A stretch of 56,815 nucleotides of DNA from a virus (Duplodnaviria; Caudoviricetes), in IMG/VR virus record IMGVR_UViG_3300009678_000009, positions 1-56,815 of that record. One strand, 5' to 3'. The position numbers and the translations under genes were made by a program. This document shows positions 11,091 through 18,975 of the stretch, in pieces. Each line of letters begins with the position of its first letter. Positions within the stretch are counted from its first letter, which is position 1. The notes under the pieces are model-generated. The model had not been told where the DNA came from, did no database searches, and saw nothing but the letters and a program-made list of their open reading frames with translations.

Positions 11091-11118
11091 CACCAGTCTG
11101 CCTTATGGTAGACTGGTG
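11091..11118 (+). terminator. Stem-loop, probable intrinsic terminator
   Basis: CACCAGTCTGCC-TTAT-GGTAGACTGGTG (12-bp stem with one G:U) just after the stop at 11082. Confidence 0.6.
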
Positions 11119-11136
11119 TACTATTTGTGATTTATT

Positions 11137-11373
11137 ATGGTAACCATTCTATTTATGGAACAGCACTACAGTGAGCATCAAGCTCAGCACCACGAAGATA
11201 AAGACTATCACAACAAGCTATTTGAATTGGAAGAAGACCTCACTGGCATCCACAGAGAGATGGAAGAACACTATGATGATAAAGACTTGGTTAAATACCT
11301 AGAGAAAGCGAAACACGCAGTATACGCAGAGATGCGAGAGTGTATCAGGGCTATGAGAAAGGCTAAGGCTTAA
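11137..11373 (+). CDS. Small His/Glu-rich hypothetical protein
   Basis: 78 aa ORF. Confidence 0.55.
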   Translation: MVTILFMEQHYSEHQAQHHEDKDYHNKLFELEEDLTGIHREMEEHYDDKDLVKYLEKAKHAVYAEMRECIRAMRKAKA

Positions 11374-11626
11374 AATGCTTTTCAAGCCAAGCTTCCCATT
11401 CACTAAGGGTTTTATACACACCGTGAGTGTTAGCGTACTTCATCGCCCCCGACCCAGACTGGAATAGCGGTAGTGCCTCCATTTCAGGTGTGAGTGTTTT
11501 GAAGCGTTCAAAATCTGCTTCGGTCTTTACAAAGCGTTTGTACAGGCTTGTGAAGCCCTTCTCGAAATCTTCATTGTATTCTGGTGACTTGCGACACTCT
11601 TCATATGCTTCTTTGCCATCTTTCAT
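11363..11626 (-). CDS. Hypothetical protein
   Basis: 87 aa ORF downstream of the symmetric promoter at 11653-11698. Confidence 0.5.
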   Translation of the reverse strand: MKDGKEAYEECRKSPEYNEDFEKGFTSLYKRFVKTEADFERFKTLTPEMEALPLFQSGSGAMKYANTHGVYKTLSEWEAWLEKHFKP

Positions 11627-11652
11627 AGAAAATTCTGCTAATTTTATATACC

Positions 11653-11698
11653 GTCACTCTTGACACTACACAACGCCTGCTATAGTGTCAAGAGTGAC
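11653..11698. promoter_or_regulatory. Symmetric bidirectional sigma70-like promoter / inverted repeat
   Basis: 16-bp perfect arms GTCACTCTTGACACTA ... TAGTGTCAAGAGTGAC give TTGACA-N17-TAGTGT on both strands, between divergent ORFs. Confidence 0.6.
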
Positions 11699-11728
11699 AT
11701 AACCTGTTCATCTTTATTTTACTAGTAT

Positions 11729-11926
11729 ATGAAATACCACCTATTTATTACGCTACTTACGTTACTCACAGTTACTGGCTGCGCAATGTCTGGCAAGGGC
11801 GGAATGACAAGATACAAAACTGTTGTGTCCTGTATGGAGCATAACACAGACAGTCGCCACAAAGGCACTTGCGAAGAGCTGTTGAGAGCTGGGGTTAAAA
11901 TAGACACTGCAAAAAACAGAACATAA
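11729..11926 (+). CDS. Small lipoprotein (o-spanin or exclusion lipoprotein candidate)
   Basis: MKY plus hydrophobic stretch plus lipobox VTGC; two further Cys. Confidence 0.6.
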   Translation: MKYHLFITLLTLLTVTGCAMSGKGGMTRYKTVVSCMEHNTDSRHKGTCEELLRAGVKIDTAKNRT

Positions 11927-11942
11927 CCTTGAGACAGGCTCG

Positions 11943-11976
11943 GTGGTAGGTGGGTGTCTCTCCCTATACCTACCAC
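11943..11976. terminator. Stem-loop between convergent genes
   Basis: GTGGTAGGT ... ACCTACCAC arms. Confidence 0.45.
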
Positions 11977-11992
11977 TCATCTTTACTTACGG

Positions 11993-12562
11993 CTATTCTT
12001 CCTTAGGGAGAGGAGACATAGTGAACTTCCCATTTTTATCAATCCTTCCCTTCCACTCACATTCAACGTGCTCCTCTAGGCATTTCCTCCCTACCTCAGA
12101 GGAGTAAAATCTATATAGCACATCGTAGTTAATGGCATCGATAAAGCTGTCGCTTTGCATTATCACAGATGATACAGCGGAAGCGTGCGTGCCTGCTAAT
12201 TCATTGCTTAGCCTAGAAAATTTCATAGCCATCATAGAATCAATGAATGTCGTTAAGGCTTCAGCCTTAAAGTCGGCATGACCAATTATGTCGGAGTGGT
12301 TTAGTATTTGTGTGAATACATTATCTGCATCAAACACGCTACCGTGGGACGCAGACCTAGCAGATAAAATCTCCATACATTTACCTTTAATGGTGGTACG
12401 ATTGGTTAAAAGCTGACCTCTACCCACATCCGTGATGAAGTTGCAAGCCTTGAGAAAAGCCACAGTCTTATCAAACGACTCTTGGAAATACAGTTCAAGT
12501 AACTCTGTTTTCTCCTTAGGAGTTCTAGGAACATCAACACCTATCTTGTATCCAGCATCCAT
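11993..12562 (-). CDS. Hypothetical protein
   Basis: 189 aa ORF with TTT-ATG start and upstream TTGAC motifs. Confidence 0.6.
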   Translation of the reverse strand: MDAGYKIGVDVPRTPKEKTELLELYFQESFDKTVAFLKACNFITDVGRGQLLTNRTTIKGKCMEILSARSASHGSVFDADNVFTQILNHSDIIGHADFKAEALTTFIDSMMAMKFSRLSNELAGTHASAVSSVIMQSDSFIDAINYDVLYRFYSSEVGRKCLEEHVECEWKGRIDKNGKFTMSPLPKEE

Positions 12563-12723
12563 AAATCTTTCTTATTAACTTTAACACATTGTCAAAAAAC
12601 AATTACTAATTGTCGGCGTATGTAATGTTAATAGTCAAATAATATTATGCTTAATCTTGACAATTGTGTATATCGTCAAGACAATGATTATGCATAGAAT
12701 GTAAAGTTTAAAATTTTGTTAAG

Positions 12724-15700
12724 ATGCCAGAGCAACAAGAACAAGGAGCTTCGCCTAATAGCAATGCCAGTGAAAGGAGTTTATCGCCATCCGCACCAGC
12801 TTTTGGGGTTGGCGACGGTTATGATTTTAATAGCTACAACGGAGTTGTTCAAACTCCTGATGGGACGGTGAAAGGTATGACAATCAAATCTAACCAAACG
12901 CCTCTTCAAAACAGAACGAAACAAATTGATTCTGCCCTGCACACTGCGCGATATAATTTATATAATAAGCCTTTAGACATAAAAGAACAAGAACAACAAA
13001 CAATAAAAAAAACTAATGAAAGGAATTTATCGCCATATACAAGATCTTTTGGGATTGGTGAAGTCTCAAAAGAAATGCAATACGGTGAAGTTGATACTAG
13101 GCAAACAGCAAAGAAGAGAGCGTATTCCGCTGGCGGTCTCGATCCCCTTAGAACTTTCTTTGACAAAGATAGGGAGAGAGATGTTGCAAAAAGGTATTCT
13201 ACTATATTTTCTGGCAAGAACAAGAAAGCCGCAGAATTCTTTGCACAAGTACCAGAAAAAGGCAAAGAAAGGAAATGGGGTGCTAATGAAAAGAAGATGT
13301 TTGATAACTACCGAAAGATGCACGGAACTAGCGAGAAGGAGCAAGAGGAGTTTTATAAGGAAACCAAGGAAATACTACGCAAAAAAAGTGGCGGCGTGAG
13401 TGAGAACCAAGTTTATGATGCAATGTACCACAAAGCATTGCAGGCTGAGATGCAAGAGGAGTATAATTACCACGCAAGCAACCAAGGCTTTATAGACAGT
13501 ATTGTAAGCGGCGCAACTGAACAGTTGTACACCACTGAGGGCTTGTTTGGGCTTGGCGTTGGCGTTGCGGTAGGAGCGAGTACGCTCGTTCCCTCTTTAG
13601 CTATAATGGCAATAAGAGCTACAGTTGGACGAAGTGTGTTTGTAAATACAGCATATAGAATTGCTGGCGTTGTTGCCAGAAACGCTGGGATTGGCGCGGC
13701 GGAAGGTTATATTATTGGACTAGGTAGTGGAATGTACCGTGAGTCTCAAGAACAGCAACTTGATTTATTAACTGGCGAAAGAGAAGGCACACCCTTAACT
13801 AGAATAGGGCAACACGCTGGTTATTCTGCAGGAGTCGGTGGGGTGATAGGAGGTAGCATTGCGGCTGGCTCAATTGCGTTCGTTGGGACAAGGCGGTGGC
13901 TTAACAAGGGGAAGCTCCCAGAAGGAGTAGTAAAAGGTAGAACACTATCAGATATCGTGGATAGTGGAGGTTACGAAATGCATAATTCTAAGCAGATTGG
14001 TTATGGCGAGCCAGCTGACACAGCTACCTCTCTCATCACTAGCCCTCTAGAACCAAAAGGCGGTGCAACCCCAAAATTTGAGGATAAAAGTCTAAGCGTT
14101 GAGGCACTTAGACGTGCATCAAAAGAAGCTGTGCAACGGCAGGCAAAAATTAACGCTGGTTCTTTAGAAACAGGTGGGTTCGCTGATACCGTCTTGCCAC
14201 GCGTGAGAGAGGCAACTTCAACCGAGATTGCTATTAGCGTTGATAACTTTATTGACAATAGAGCATCCATAGCGTACAGGCAGGGCGAAATTAAGCCAGA
14301 CCACATTGTTGCTAACAACACTACCGCAAGGACTTTGATTGTTCAAATGCCAGAAGCTGGGCTTGTGCAAGAATGGCGAGGTGTTTCTGCGCAGCAAATT
14401 AATACAGATGCCGTCCCTGCGCTTACAAAGCAATATCTTTCTCAATATGCAGAAGCCAAAACTCCAGACGCAAAGATAGCAGCCCTAGATAATCTTGCGA
14501 CTATAGATGAAGTAAGCGGATATATGAGTGAAGTTATGCAACCGATATTTAAGAGTGTATTGACAAAGGAAGAGTATACCGCATTAGAGGAAGGAGAGTT
14601 TGGCTGGTTTGATAATCCACTGCGAGACGACCACTTACGCGAACTCTTGGTAAATAGGATTCAGTCTGGCGATAACCTCGGAGAGCTTGATTTTACTTCT
14701 ATTGCTAATGAAGAAAAGCTAGCTGAGATTGCCAGCGTCGCAAAGGAAGCCGCGAAGTCTCAGCTTGACAGCACGCCACAAGCCTTAAAGGTACAAGCCT
14801 TTTCTCCAGTTACTGATAGCTCTGGTAGATTGTTATATGGCACAGAGCTTCTTTACCAAGACGTAAACTCTACACATTGGCTGGATTACGAACAAAACGC
14901 GAAGCTACAGACACAGCTAGGAGAGAGGATGGAAGGACAGCTTTACATTGGCTCTAGGAGACACAACAAAACACCAAACTCAGGTCTAGTTGATTTTGAG
15001 ACATCAAATGAAAGGTTGCTAGCTTTGTCTCCAGACATTCCGCTTCAGTATTTGCTCCACCCAAGCACACCAAACAGAATTAAGAAGGCGTGGCTAATTG
15101 GGAAGCAACACGCAGCCGTGACAATCGCAACCGCAAATAGCACGCTTGTTCAAGGTCTTGCCTCTAGTGAGGCTTTTCACAAGACACTTGCGACAAGGAC
15201 TGAGCAGGCAGCCGAACTAGAAAAAAAGTTTGCAGAAAAACTAGCTACAAAATCAGCAATAAGCGGTGAATTAGCAAAGCAGATTAGTTCTATTGAGGAA
15301 GCTCGCAATGTCAAGTTCAACAAATTAGGACTTGCAGAAAAACAAAGAGACGATTTGGCATCAAAGCTACACTTTGTTGAAGGCGATATTGAGCAACTAA
15401 CAAATGATATTGGTTCTGCTAGAGTTGCAAGGGCTGACTTGCCGCGCGGTGAAAAATTTGAAATAAATGAAGAGATAAGACGCTCTAGTGAATACTTAGC
15501 CAAAAAAAGGCAACAAAGAAGCGAGCTTAAAAAAGAACTAGCAGTGGCAAACCAAACAGTGAATGCACACCAACGAGAGATAGATGTCAGCAACAAAGAG
15601 ATAGAGAAAACTAAAAGACGAGCAAGCAAAGTATCGAGCGAGGAGTTTGGGCTTAAGCAACAGATTGCCAAAACTAAAGAACAGCAAACTTACGATGAAA

Positions 15701-18700
15701 TGATTGCAAGCGAGCGCATATGGCAGGTTAATAAACTAGGCGAAGGAGGTGAGCCACTAACGGTTTTACTTTCTGATGTGGTTTCGCGTTATGAAATAGA
15801 AACTATAACAACGCAAACAATAAAAAACAGTCCAGACTTATTACTAGAAGACAAGGCAATTATGCAAATGATTACCACGAGAGAGATTAAAGATGGGATT
15901 GCTTTGTCGCGGAACAGAGTGACTGTATTAGAGAGCGACTTAAGCGTTGGCGATTTAGGCGAAATTTCAAAAGAATACTCTGCGCAGCGAGTTAAGGCAG
16001 GGGAGGTTAAAGAGAAAGCAAAAGAAGGAGAGGTTAAAGAGAAAGCAGTCCCATCTACCCCTGTAGAATTTATTGAAGTAAAAGATTGTTTTAACAGAAA
16101 GGTTCTTAGTGATGTTTTGCAAAGGGTATCTGAGGTTATGCGTGGCAATGCTACTAAACTTAAAGCCGCAACAGTCTTGGATAAAGATATGAGTAGAACA
16201 TTGCAAGACTTCCGTGAGTATAGGGCAGAAGCGAAAAATGCTACTTTCTTTAAAACCAAAAAGAAAGATGGCTTGCCGTATACAGCCGATGATATACAAG
16301 GAAAGGAGCTAGCTAGATTGAAGGAACAGGTATGGCAGTATAAGTTTAAAGACTTAAAGCAAGAAACTAAAGCGGCAAAGTACGTAGTATCCCAAGACGT
16401 CCTTGGGATAATGCAAGATGCTCTGCTTGTGCAAAACAAGCAGAATGTTCAACCAATTTTTAAAGAAAACAACATTGACAGTGCTGCTACTTTATATCAA
16501 AACAAGCGTTTAATGACGCGCATAGGTGAGCTAACCACGATGATTGATAATGGCGATTTAACTGTAAATAGTAAAGAGGTATCAACATACGAACAACCAC
16601 TCGCTATGATTGCGCATAACCTTGTTAAGATGGTTGAAGGGCACAATGAAAACTTAGCTAAATACAGTGGCTCTCCTGTTGTAAAAACAAAAAACTTTGT
16701 CGCAAACTTTCACTTACTAGACCCTTTTAAGTTAGATAAAATGCATCCTGCGGACTTTGTTGCAAAGTTATATGGCAAAGTCCACGATGGTTCAGGTGTT
16801 TTAATCCCACAAGGAAAGTTGGATGCCCTATTTAGGAAGATGGTTGCAAAGAGCGATAGCGCCGCCGCGACAACTGAGGACAACATCCGTGCTGTTAATT
16901 TTTTCACAATGGGTGATTATCACGAATTCTGCAATGAGCATCTTGCTCAAACGCCGATTCCGCAGATTGATTTATGGTTAAACCATATATTAAACACTGG
17001 CGCTGAGTCTATGACGGCAAGCCGATACGGAAGTTATAAGGCTGGATTAATGCCGTTTCTTGCTGATTGGGGCATCAGGAATGGTATTATTGTAACCGAT
17101 ACCGCAACAAGAAATGCGTTGAACAGCAAGATAGGAGATTATTTTACTGGCGAGATGTCTGGCTATAGTGCTGCATTGCGTGCTTTGGGTGAGTTGCCTG
17201 CAGACCAAGACTCCAAATACGCAAGAGTGAAGTTGTTGCTAAATCCGCATACTAATGTTTTTGAAATGAGTCCTGTTGCAGGGAAAGGCAAAAAACTCTC
17301 ATCGTTCACAGATTCAAGGCTATCACTGCGTGTTAGTTATGATGCGGCTATGATTGAGGCGTGGAACAGTGAAATGGCAGCTGGCAATCCGTTAGTTAGC
17401 CGCAACTTTAAAGATAGTTCAGGGAAGAGAGCTTTAGATATTACTCTTGCCACAACAGCGCAATTGATATTGACTAATGTTTGGTTGCGTGATCTTACTG
17501 CATCTCCTTTTAACCAAGTTGGCGGCGCAATACTTGCAAACGCTTCTGGTGCAACAGCCGCAAAGCACGTAATTAATACGGTTAGAAAAACTGTACTAAA
17601 CTCTGTTGTTCATTATGCAGGCGACCTTACAGGTGGTCGCGTAGGCGGCGACCCATTTATAGGAAATGAATACGCCTTAAATTATGCTGCATCGCAAGCA
17701 AGGATGAACTCATCTTTTAACGTTGGTAGCATAGAACACGAGGAGCAGGGGGTTGCGATAAAGAGAGGATTGCTTAGTGCTTTAAAAGGAAAACCAAGCG
17801 GCAAGAATCTTCAACAGTTCCAAGAATTATCTGCCGCGATGAAAGGTATTTCAGCTGTGTCAAATTCTCAACTAGTTGTTGAATACGAATCCACGGCTGC
17901 TACTTTTGGCGATTATGTGCGACAATCGGCAAAAGGATTACAAAAATCTACAGACACAACAAAAACGCCTTATGATGTTTTGCCACGAGAGACTAAGGTT
18001 TGGCTTGGCAGACATATGACGCCTGACCAGTACGACAAGATTTATAACATTGTGCAAGACAATTTACCAGAATTTAAGACTTCACTTGGTTCGATGTATG
18101 TATATCCAGAGGCTTTTAAAGATAAAGACACCGAACTCTATGTGACTATGGTGAAGTGGGCTATGATGCAAACTGGCTCAAGTGCTGGTACAATGGAAAT
18201 GTATACATACCAACGTGGCTCAGCCGCCGCGAGTGAATATGGAAGGTCTGCTTACTTTATGTCTGGCTGGGGTTTGCGTAATCTGTATAGAAAAGTATAT
18301 GATAGGGTATGGAGCAACCCAGCCCTTACCGTTGGACAAAAGATAATGCGGCATTCTGCTGTAATTGCGCAGGAAGTACTTGGAAACTTTACATATAACT
18401 ATCTTATGGCGCACTTGAAAGCCTTAAAGTCTGGGCGCGAGGCTGATGCGAGTACTACAAAAGAAGCGTTTATTGGCGGATTGATAGACGGATTTCTCTG
18501 GCCGCTGTTTCAAACGCACATTAACCTAGATAAAGACTGGACTGATAACTTGTCTGACAACGCTAAAAAAAATATTAATGTGATTAGGCTTCTGGGGCCG
18601 CTTACAGGGTTGCAAAAGAAAGGAGAAAATTTCTATTATCATCTTGAAAATATGTTAGCAGGCGATAAAGGGAGTATTCTAAGGGGTGGAACTGCCGCTA

Positions 18701-18975
18701 TGCGCACATTTGCTCCAGCGGCAATAGACCTTGGCATTGTTATAGCGGTCGAAACAAGCCGTATGCTTGGCGCTACTGGGGTTGAAAAGGCGATACAGGA
18801 GGCGAGCAAGCCGCCAAACAAAAAGAGGAAAAGCGGTAGCAGTAGGCAGAAAGCTAATACTGGCGGCGATAGCAGTAGGGCTAATACTGGCGGTGGTAGT
18901 AGTAGGCAGAAAGCTAAGACTGGCGGTGGTAGTAGTAGGCAGAAAGCTAAGACTGGCGGTGGTAGCAACGCCTAA
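12724..18975 (+). CDS. Large internal virion / DNA-ejection protein (T7 gp16-like role)
   Basis: 2083 aa; Gly/Ala-rich hydrophobic stretches near aa 270-390; long coiled coil; last + strand gene of a podoviral structural arm; role inferred. Confidence 0.6.
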   Translation: MPEQQEQGASPNSNASERSLSPSAPAFGVGDGYDFNSYNGVVQTPDGTVKGMTIKSNQTPLQNRTKQIDSALHTARYNLYNKPLDIKEQEQQTIKKTNERNLSPYTRSFGIGEVSKEMQYGEVDTRQTAKKRAYSAGGLDPLRTFFDKDRERDVAKRYSTIFSGKNKKAAEFFAQVPEKGKERKWGANEKKMFDNYRKMHGTSEKEQEEFYKETKEILRKKSGGVSENQVYDAMYHKALQAEMQEEYNYHASNQGFIDSIVSGATEQLYTTEGLFGLGVGVAVGASTLVPSLAIMAIRATVGRSVFVNTAYRIAGVVARNAGIGAAEGYIIGLGSGMYRESQEQQLDLLTGEREGTPLTRIGQHAGYSAGVGGVIGGSIAAGSIAFVGTRRWLNKGKLPEGVVKGRTLSDIVDSGGYEMHNSKQIGYGEPADTATSLITSPLEPKGGATPKFEDKSLSVEALRRASKEAVQRQAKINAGSLETGGFADTVLPRVREATSTEIAISVDNFIDNRASIAYRQGEIKPDHIVANNTTARTLIVQMPEAGLVQEWRGVSAQQINTDAVPALTKQYLSQYAEAKTPDAKIAALDNLATIDEVSGYMSEVMQPIFKSVLTKEEYTALEEGEFGWFDNPLRDDHLRELLVNRIQSGDNLGELDFTSIANEEKLAEIASVAKEAAKSQLDSTPQALKVQAFSPVTDSSGRLLYGTELLYQDVNSTHWLDYEQNAKLQTQLGERMEGQLYIGSRRHNKTPNSGLVDFETSNERLLALSPDIPLQYLLHPSTPNRIKKAWLIGKQHAAVTIATANSTLVQGLASSEAFHKTLATRTEQAAELEKKFAEKLATKSAISGELAKQISSIEEARNVKFNKLGLAEKQRDDLASKLHFVEGDIEQLTNDIGSARVARADLPRGEKFEINEEIRRSSEYLAKKRQQRSELKKELAVANQTVNAHQREIDVSNKEIEKTKRRASKVSSEEFGLKQQIAKTKEQQTYDEMIASERIWQVNKLGEGGEPLTVLLSDVVSRYEIETITTQTIKNSPDLLLEDKAIMQMITTREIKDGIALSRNRVTVLESDLSVGDLGEISKEYSAQRVKAGEVKEKAKEGEVKEKAVPSTPVEFIEVKDCFNRKVLSDVLQRVSEVMRGNATKLKAATVLDKDMSRTLQDFREYRAEAKNATFFKTKKKDGLPYTADDIQGKELARLKEQVWQYKFKDLKQETKAAKYVVSQDVLGIMQDALLVQNKQNVQPIFKENNIDSAATLYQNKRLMTRIGELTTMIDNGDLTVNSKEVSTYEQPLAMIAHNLVKMVEGHNENLAKYSGSPVVKTKNFVANFHLLDPFKLDKMHPADFVAKLYGKVHDGSGVLIPQGKLDALFRKMVAKSDSAAATTEDNIRAVNFFTMGDYHEFCNEHLAQTPIPQIDLWLNHILNTGAESMTASRYGSYKAGLMPFLADWGIRNGIIVTDTATRNALNSKIGDYFTGEMSGYSAALRALGELPADQDSKYARVKLLLNPHTNVFEMSPVAGKGKKLSSFTDSRLSLRVSYDAAMIEAWNSEMAAGNPLVSRNFKDSSGKRALDITLATTAQLILTNVWLRDLTASPFNQVGGAILANASGATAAKHVINTVRKTVLNSVVHYAGDLTGGRVGGDPFIGNEYALNYAASQARMNSSFNVGSIEHEEQGVAIKRGLLSALKGKPSGKNLQQFQELSAAMKGISAVSNSQLVVEYESTAATFGDYVRQSAKGLQKSTDTTKTPYDVLPRETKVWLGRHMTPDQYDKIYNIVQDNLPEFKTSLGSMYVYPEAFKDKDTELYVTMVKWAMMQTGSSAGTMEMYTYQRGSAAASEYGRSAYFMSGWGLRNLYRKVYDRVWSNPALTVGQKIMRHSAVIAQEVLGNFTYNYLMAHLKALKSGREADASTTKEAFIGGLIDGFLWPLFQTHINLDKDWTDNLSDNAKKNINVIRLLGPLTGLQKKGENFYYHLENMLAGDKGSILRGGTAAMRTFAPAAIDLGIVIAVETSRMLGATGVEKAIQEASKPPNKKRKSGSSRQKANTGGDSSRANTGGGSSRQKAKTGGGSSRQKAKTGGGSNA
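18835..18966 (+). repeat. Low-complexity tandem repeat encoding GSSRQKA(N/K)TGG
   Basis: About 4 units of GGTAGTAGTAGGCAGAAAGCTAA(T/G)ACTGGC, one of them shortened. Confidence 0.85.

Noticed and set aside
12724-18975. Giant protein as an N4-like virion RNA polymerase reading the hairpin promoters (contains DSSGR)
   Set aside because: No convincing polymerase motifs A, B or C follow, and the palindromes carry ordinary sigma70 -35/-10 boxes
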